64,000 bases of DNA from Spirochaetota bacterium (GTDB lineage: Bacteria; Spirochaetota; UBA12135; COTS27; CAXSBA01), in contig OZ245054.1 of the NCBI GenBank assembly GCA_965224715.1, forward strand, positions 906,411 to 970,410. The letters run 5' to 3'. Position numbers and translations under genes: made by a program. Positions 58,612 to 64,000 of the stretch are shown one piece after another (position 1 is the stretch's first letter; every line of letters starts with the position of its first letter). The notes beneath the pieces are model-generated. The model made no database searches and was not told the DNA's origin. It saw only the letters and a list, made by a program, of their open reading frames with translations.

Positions 58612-60216
58612 TTATTGGTCAAACTGGATGGAATCCAGAATTTGGATTGTTTTTCGCCTTTCTGCTACAACTTTATCTAAACTGAGGTCATCCCATTTCT
58701 TATCAGACATATAAGTTTTAAGAAAACTGGATAGGGGAATGCCCTTTTTAACTGGGTACTCGTAATTCTCTGAAGAATAGATATATTGAGCTATATCGCT
58801 TACCAGGAATTCCATAAGTTTAATTGCCGATGATTTATTGGGGGCGTATTTAGCCAAGGCCATTCCGCTAACATTGTAATGGGTTCCTCGATTATCTTGA
58901 TTAGGGAAGATCAAATTGACAGATTTCGCCCATTTGATTTGTTCCGGTTGGTCGTGATTGTAGAGCATCTTGGCATAATAATAACTGTTGCCAATCGAAA
59001 GGTCACAGAGCCCTTCTTTGATGGCTTTTACTTGAGCCCGGTCATTTCCTTGAGGTTTACGAGCAAGATTTCTTTTCAAATTTTTAAGAAATTTTTCGGT
59101 GGCTGTTTTTCCCTCATGAGCGATAATAGATGAGAACAGTGCCAAATTATAGGGATGGTATCCGGAACGGATACAGATTTTTTTTTTCCATTTTGGATTA
59201 GCTAGATCAGCATAATCCTTGATATCACCTTCTTTAATCCGATCCTTAGAAGCATAGATAATTCGAGCACGGGTAGTAAGGGCAAACCAGGTTCCCTCTT
59301 TGTTACGAAGATTAGACGGGATGGCAGACCTTATTTTTTTACTTCTTACTTTTTTAACGATGTCGTTGTTTTTCAATTCAATCAATTGGCCTATATCGGT
59401 AGTCAAAATCACATCAGCGGGGGATTGCTTCCCTTCTAATTTGATCCTTTCCGCTAATCCCTTTTTGATGTAAATTGTATTAACTTTAATACCTGTGGTC
59501 TTTGTGAATTTATCTAATATCCCTTCGATGAGAAATTGCTGTCGGTAGGAATATACATTGACTTCCTTGGCATTGACTTCAGATAAGACAAAAAAGGCTA
59601 GGAAGAAAACTAGGGCGGAAACTTTTAATCGTCTTACTTGAACAAAATTCTTAACCGGACTTAATATCGAGCCTATTAATCCTATGATAGAACCTTTGCT
59701 TTGTTTATCAGTAGCAGAGGTTTTTTGAGGTTGAAGATTTTTTTGACTCGTTGTTTTGGCTTTAACACCATGATGATTGTTATTGTTGTCCAGATGATAA
59801 GGAGTGAGAATTTCCGATAAAGAAATACCTTTATAAATTTCACGAAATTTATTGTTCAATAGACGCATCGGGTCAATGATACTACAACCATAATCATAGT
59901 TACAAGACTTATCCACATTGATACAATTCACTATGGTGTAATGTCCTTCTAGTACTTCCAACAGTTGGAGTAAGGAAATTTTAGAGAGATCCTCGTTAAG
60001 ATAATAACCACCATGAGCCCCTTGTTTGGATATTAAAATTTGCTTTTTACCTAATTTTTGCATCACTTTAGCCACAAAATCTTCAGAAATTTTATGGACT
60101 CTAGCGATCTCATGGGCTTTAACCACAATTTGACTATCTTTATTATTTAGATTTTTTTCTTCAAGATGTTTTAATATTATTAAAGCAAATTCAACTTTTT
60201 TAGTTAACGATATCAT
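58612..60216 (-). CDS. Single ORF fusing an Rrf2/IscR-like winged-helix regulator domain (N-terminus, with a Cys cluster), one TM/signal-like helix, and a periplasmic Fe3+-type solute-binding protein (FbpA/AfuA-like)
   Basis: N-terminus: MISLTKKVEFALIILKHL...VHKISEDFVAKVMQKLGKKQILISKQGAHGGYYL...VNCINVDKSCNYDYGCSI. Middle: VSALVFFLAFFVLSEVNA. C-terminus: EVNVYSYRQQFLIEGILDKFTKTTGIKVNTIY...ADVILTTD... No in-frame ATG/GTG/TTG lies near the hydrophobic segment. Confidence 0.5.
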   Translation of the reverse strand: MISLTKKVEFALIILKHLEEKNLNNKDSQIVVKAHEIARVHKISEDFVAKVMQKLGKKQILISKQGAHGGYYLNEDLSKISLLQLLEVLEGHYTIVNCINVDKSCNYDYGCSIIDPMRLLNNKFREIYKGISLSEILTPYHLDNNNNHHGVKAKTTSQKNLQPQKTSATDKQSKGSIIGLIGSILSPVKNFVQVRRLKVSALVFFLAFFVLSEVNAKEVNVYSYRQQFLIEGILDKFTKTTGIKVNTIYIKKGLAERIKLEGKQSPADVILTTDIGQLIELKNNDIVKKVRSKKIRSAIPSNLRNKEGTWFALTTRARIIYASKDRIKEGDIKDYADLANPKWKKKICIRSGYHPYNLALFSSIIAHEGKTATEKFLKNLKRNLARKPQGNDRAQVKAIKEGLCDLSIGNSYYYAKMLYNHDQPEQIKWAKSVNLIFPNQDNRGTHYNVSGMALAKYAPNKSSAIKLMEFLVSDIAQYIYSSENYEYPVKKGIPLSSFLKTYMSDKKWDDLSLDKVVAERRKTIQILDSIQFDQ

Positions 60217-60324
60217 AAGAGATTATCCTCCTCTTTTTCAATAATTTTTTCAACTTTATACAGGACATAATATGTCCTGTATAATTATAGCATATATTTC
60301 AGTTGAGAAGAAAAAAAAGAGAAT

Positions 60325-62063
60325 TTAATGAAGAAAATGGCGTGTGGAGGTAAAAACCAGTTCGATTTTCCGTTTTTTAGCTTCAGCGATTACCTCATCA
60401 TCACGAATGCTGCCTCCTGGTTGAATAATTTTACGAATTCCACAGTCATAACTTGCCACAATACTATCTTTAAAGGGGAAGAAGGCATCACTTGCGAGAA
60501 CACAGTCGTGAAGTAAAGTTTCTAACTCTGTTTTAGGTAATTGCGGAAACATTCTGGACAAGTTATCTTTAGCTTTTACAATAGCTAGTTTTTTGATGGA
60601 ATCAATTCGGTTGGGTTGACCAGTTCCAGCACCCAGAAGCATGAATTGACCGTTTTGATAAGGATAGCAGATACAGATTGCATTACTTTTAAGGTGTTTG
60701 ACAGTCCGAAAGGAGAATTCATAAAGATCAACATTCATCCTTTCTTTCTTTTTAAAGCCTGTTGAGCTCATTTTGCTATAGAGTTGCTGATCTTTTTCTT
60801 GGACTAGTATTCCTCCGGTAATAAAATGATAAGTTAATTCTTTAATTTCATTTTTAATCTTACTGATTTTCATATTACGGAGATTGGTTTCGGTTAATAC
60901 CTTAGACTGTGGGGTTTTGATAATCCTAAGGCTCTTACTTTTTTTCTTAAGCCATGCCAAAGCTTTAGGTTCAAAGTCAGGAGCTAAAATAACTTCAATA
61001 AATTTATCATTCAAAAATCGAATACTCTTAAAATCGAAAGTCTGATTGGTTGCGACAATTCCACCGTAGGCGGAAACTGGATCTCCTTCCCAAGCCATTT
61101 CTAAACAAGTAGCGAGATTATCTCCTGTGGCTAATCCGCAAGGATTGCCATGTTTGACAACAACAGCTGCCTTACTCGGGAAAAAATCCCAAACACAAGC
61201 CAAGGCGGCTTCAGCATCCAAATAATTATTATAAGACATGGCTTTGCCATTGAGGATTTCCGCTCCGATTAAAGTTGGCTGTTGATTTATAGGGCCTATT
61301 TTACCACCCTGATTAAGGGGAGATGAGCTATCTTTTTGGGATAGGTAATTCTCTGGATTATAAGAAGAATATATCCAAGCCTTCTGGTGAGGGTTTTCTC
61401 CGTAACGAAGTTCACGGCCACTTTGAAAATGTAGATTAAGATTTTTTTCTTCGAAATAAGTTTCACTAAAGTAGTTGGAAATAGTTAGGTCATAATGGGC
61501 TGTTGTTCTGAAGGCTTTAATGGCCAGATACCTTCGAGTTTCCGAATCTGTATTTTTTTTATATCGTATCTGTTGGATAACTTTTTCATAATCATTGATA
61601 TCGGAAACTACAGTCACCCATTCATGATTTTTAGCGGCAGCTCTTATAAGAGCCACACCGCCGATATCTATATTTTCGATAGCACTTTTGGTATTGGCTT
61701 TACCTGATTTAATAGTTTTTTCAAAAGGATAAAGATTAACAACTACAAGGCGAAGATCAACATAACTGAGTTCCCGGATCATCCGGCTGTCTGAAGTATG
61801 ATTGCGGCGATAGAGAATGCTGGCATGGATAGCAGGATGCAGGGTTTTTACTCGCCCTTCCAAAATTTCAGTAAAGTGGGTAAGATGTTCGACTTTATGA
61901 ACGTCAAGACCTTCTTTTTTTAGGTAAGAATAGGTTCCACCACTGAATAGATGACAATTCCACTTCGAGCTAAATTTTGAGCAAATTCTTTTATCCCAGT
62001 TTTATCAGAAACCGAAATTAGGGCTGCGGTTATTCGATTTAACTCTTTTTTTGATTTTTTCAT
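60325..62063 (-). pseudogene. purH: purH (bifunctional AICAR transformylase/IMP cyclohydrolase) interrupted by a -1 frameshift near 61945-61960
   Basis: Frame A from ATG at rc(62061-62063) gives MKKSKKELNRITAALISVSDKTGIKEFAQNLARSGIVIYSVVEPILT*. The -1 frame continues FSGGTYSYLKKEGLDVHKVEHLTHFTEILEGRVKTLHP..., which joins the 512-aa ORF 60325..61863. Confidence 0.7.
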
Positions 62064-62582
62064 TTTTCGTATGAAATAAGTCTTATAAAATTTTATGTTA
62101 TTAATTATAATATTAATTGTCATTTTTAGCAAATTCTCTTTTTTAAAAAAAAGAATTTAACTCTCAGTTCATTGAAAAATCAGTGTTTAAATGTAAATAA
62201 TGAAGAAATAGTTTTTATCAAATAAGCTTTTATACATTGATTTATGATAAATTCTTTAAAGTTATAGGGATTAAGTTACAAAAACAAAGGCTAATAAGTT
62301 GAAATGAAAGTCAGTTGTCAAGGTATCGGTCTTTTTATTGAATACAAGATAAACGAGAAAATTGACAGCTTAAATTTTATTTATTTATTAAGTATGGATA
62401 TATTAAAACTTAAAAAACTTTGAAGGTAATTGAACCCATTTTTTGAAATATCTGTCTTGTTTTACACATCATCGGTATTCCAAAATGATATTTACCCCGC
62501 TGATTTGTCGGCTATTTGTTCCAATTTTTTTTAAATATATACTCAATATAGCTTTACAATCCGATTTAGCTTTTTTTATTTA

Positions 62583-63551
62583 ATGTTAAAATTTATAATT
62601 ATTGAAGTTATGAGTGGCTCTTTTGATAAATTTTCTCAGTTCACTACCATTGTAGCAGATACTGCTGATATCAAAATGATTAAAAAATACCTTCCCCAAG
62701 ATGCCACTACTAATCCCAGTCTGATTTTGAAGAATGCCGGAAATATTGATCCATCTTTAATCTCATCGGAATCTGGCCGAAGGTTAATCGCGGAAGCTAA
62801 TGTAAGTGATGAAGATATCTTTTATATTGAAACAGTAGTCCAACTAGGGATTAAGATTTTAGATATCATTCCTGGTCGAATATCCACCGAAGTTCCTTCA
62901 CGATACAGTTTCGATATTGAAAAAACCGTGGCTCTTGCCCGTCATGTTATCGCCCGTTATAATGAGAATGGGATCGGTACTGAAAGGATTTTAATTAAGA
63001 TTGCTTCTACTTGGGAGGGTATTCAGGCTGCCCAAATATTAGAAAGAGAGGGAATTCATTGTAATATGACTTTGCTTTTTTCGCTTACCCAAGCAATCGC
63101 TTGTGCAGAAGCAGGGGTCACTCTCATATCTCCCTTTGTAGGAAGGGTCTATGATTGGTATAAAGACCATGGGAAGTTACTTAATCCTGACCCTGGGGTA
63201 AAGTTGGTGAGGGATATTTATAATTATTATAAGAAATTTGATTATCCGGTGGAGATTATGGGAGCTTCGTTTAGAACTTTAGATCAGGTTATAGCCTTGG
63301 CTGGATGTGACCTTCTTACTATTAGCCCTACTTTGTTGGGAGAGTTGGAAAATTTTTCCGGAGAAATCGTTCCCCATCTTAGTCTAGAAAAAGCTAAGAC
63401 CGATGAAAATGTTATTACAAAAAATCAATCCCTTGACCGAATGACCTTTATGTGGGAGTTATGTTCTGACCCGATGGCTACAGAAAAACTGGCAGAGGGT
63501 ATTCGTCTATTTCACAGAGATTTTTTAAAATTTAATGAATTATTTAACTAA
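62583..63551 (+). CDS. tal: Transaldolase; probable start at Met 62613 (MSGSFDKF...)
   Basis: FTTIVADTADIKMIKKYLPQDATTNPSLIL and the later FVGRVYDWYK motif. Confidence 0.85.
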   Translation: MLKFIIIEVMSGSFDKFSQFTTIVADTADIKMIKKYLPQDATTNPSLILKNAGNIDPSLISSESGRRLIAEANVSDEDIFYIETVVQLGIKILDIIPGRISTEVPSRYSFDIEKTVALARHVIARYNENGIGTERILIKIASTWEGIQAAQILEREGIHCNMTLLFSLTQAIACAEAGVTLISPFVGRVYDWYKDHGKLLNPDPGVKLVRDIYNYYKKFDYPVEIMGASFRTLDQVIALAGCDLLTISPTLLGELENFSGEIVPHLSLEKAKTDENVITKNQSLDRMTFMWELCSDPMATEKLAEGIRLFHRDFLKFNELFN

Positions 63552-63605
63552 TAATATAATTTTTAACTAATAATATAATTATATATGATATTTTGAGGAC
63601 TATGT

Positions 63606-64000
63606 ATGAATAAAATAAGAGTAACAAACCCGATTGTAGAAATTGATGGGGATGAAATGACCCGCATTATCTGGCAGATGATAAAAGATAAATTTATTTA
63701 CCCTTACTTAGATATTGATCTAAAATATTATGATTTATCTATTCAAAATCGAGATCAAACTGATGATCAAGTTACTTTGGATTGTGCCCATGCAATAAAG
63801 AAATACCATGTTGGAGTTAAATGTGCTACCATAACACCTGATGAAGGTCGGGTCAAGGAATTCGGGCTCAAACAAATGTGGCGGTCTCCCAATGGTACCA
63901 TCAGAAATATTCTTGATGGCACAGTTTTTCGTGAACCGATCTTAATTAAGAGTGTGCCTCGATTGGTCCCTGGATGGAAGAAATCCATTTGTATAGGTCG
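63606..64000 (+). CDS. icd: NADP-dependent isocitrate dehydrogenase (IDH1-like homodimeric type), 5' part; runs off window end
   Basis: [44 protein letters not shown]...[44 protein letters not shown] is near-identical to the eukaryote-type IDH N-terminus. Confidence 0.85.
   Translation, partial: MNKIRVTNPIVEIDGDEMTRIIWQMIKDKFIYPYLDIDLKYYDLSIQNRDQTDDQVTLDCAHAIKKYHVGVKCATITPDEGRVKEFGLKQMWRSPNGTIRNILDGTVFREPILIKSVPRLVPGWKKSICIG

Noticed and set aside
63546-63590. 20-bp tandem duplication (taactaataatataattttt x2) after tal
   Set aside because: Tiny AT-rich duplication in an intergenic region, most likely replication slippage with no evident function.

Overview
This is a low-GC, spirochaete-like chromosomal segment; the FlaB core flagellin at 5470..6330 is near-identical in its termini to Treponema FlaB. 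Three things stand out. (1) A eukaryote-type sterol pathway: squalene synthase (11261..12271), then a translationally coupled squalene epoxidase and oxidosqualene cyclase operon (19941..23598) sitting directly upstream of ftsQ-ftsA-ftsZ. (2) A complete type II-C CRISPR-Cas locus (cas9-cas1-cas2 plus 29 identical 36-bp repeats and 28 spacers, 53522..55404). Each repeat carries a perfect extended -10 promoter (TGTTATAAT) on the minus strand. A candidate minus-strand tracrRNA with anti-repeat and terminator lies just upstream of cas9, and an HBD-RNase H gene abuts it. (3) A tandem family of minus-strand lipoprotein cassettes (32.5-38.9 kb) that share a near-consensus sigma70 promoter and 5' leader. 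Two members are six-bladed Kelch-repeat lipoproteins, and one copy is disrupted only at A7 and C7TC6 homopolymer tracts. Also notable are a decayed inositol-catabolism (iol) locus with a 16-G tract, a SerC-SerA-like 989-aa fusion protein, an Rrf2-TM-FbpA-like fusion heading an Fe3+ ABC operon, and a frameshifted purH. Housekeeping genes include gltB (partial), rlmE, flaB, rpsT, hup-like, tRNA-Lys/Glu, ilvBN, dtd, ftsQAZ, tal, icd (partial), OmpA-family surface proteins and a TolC+RND efflux pair. No transposases or integrases were seen.
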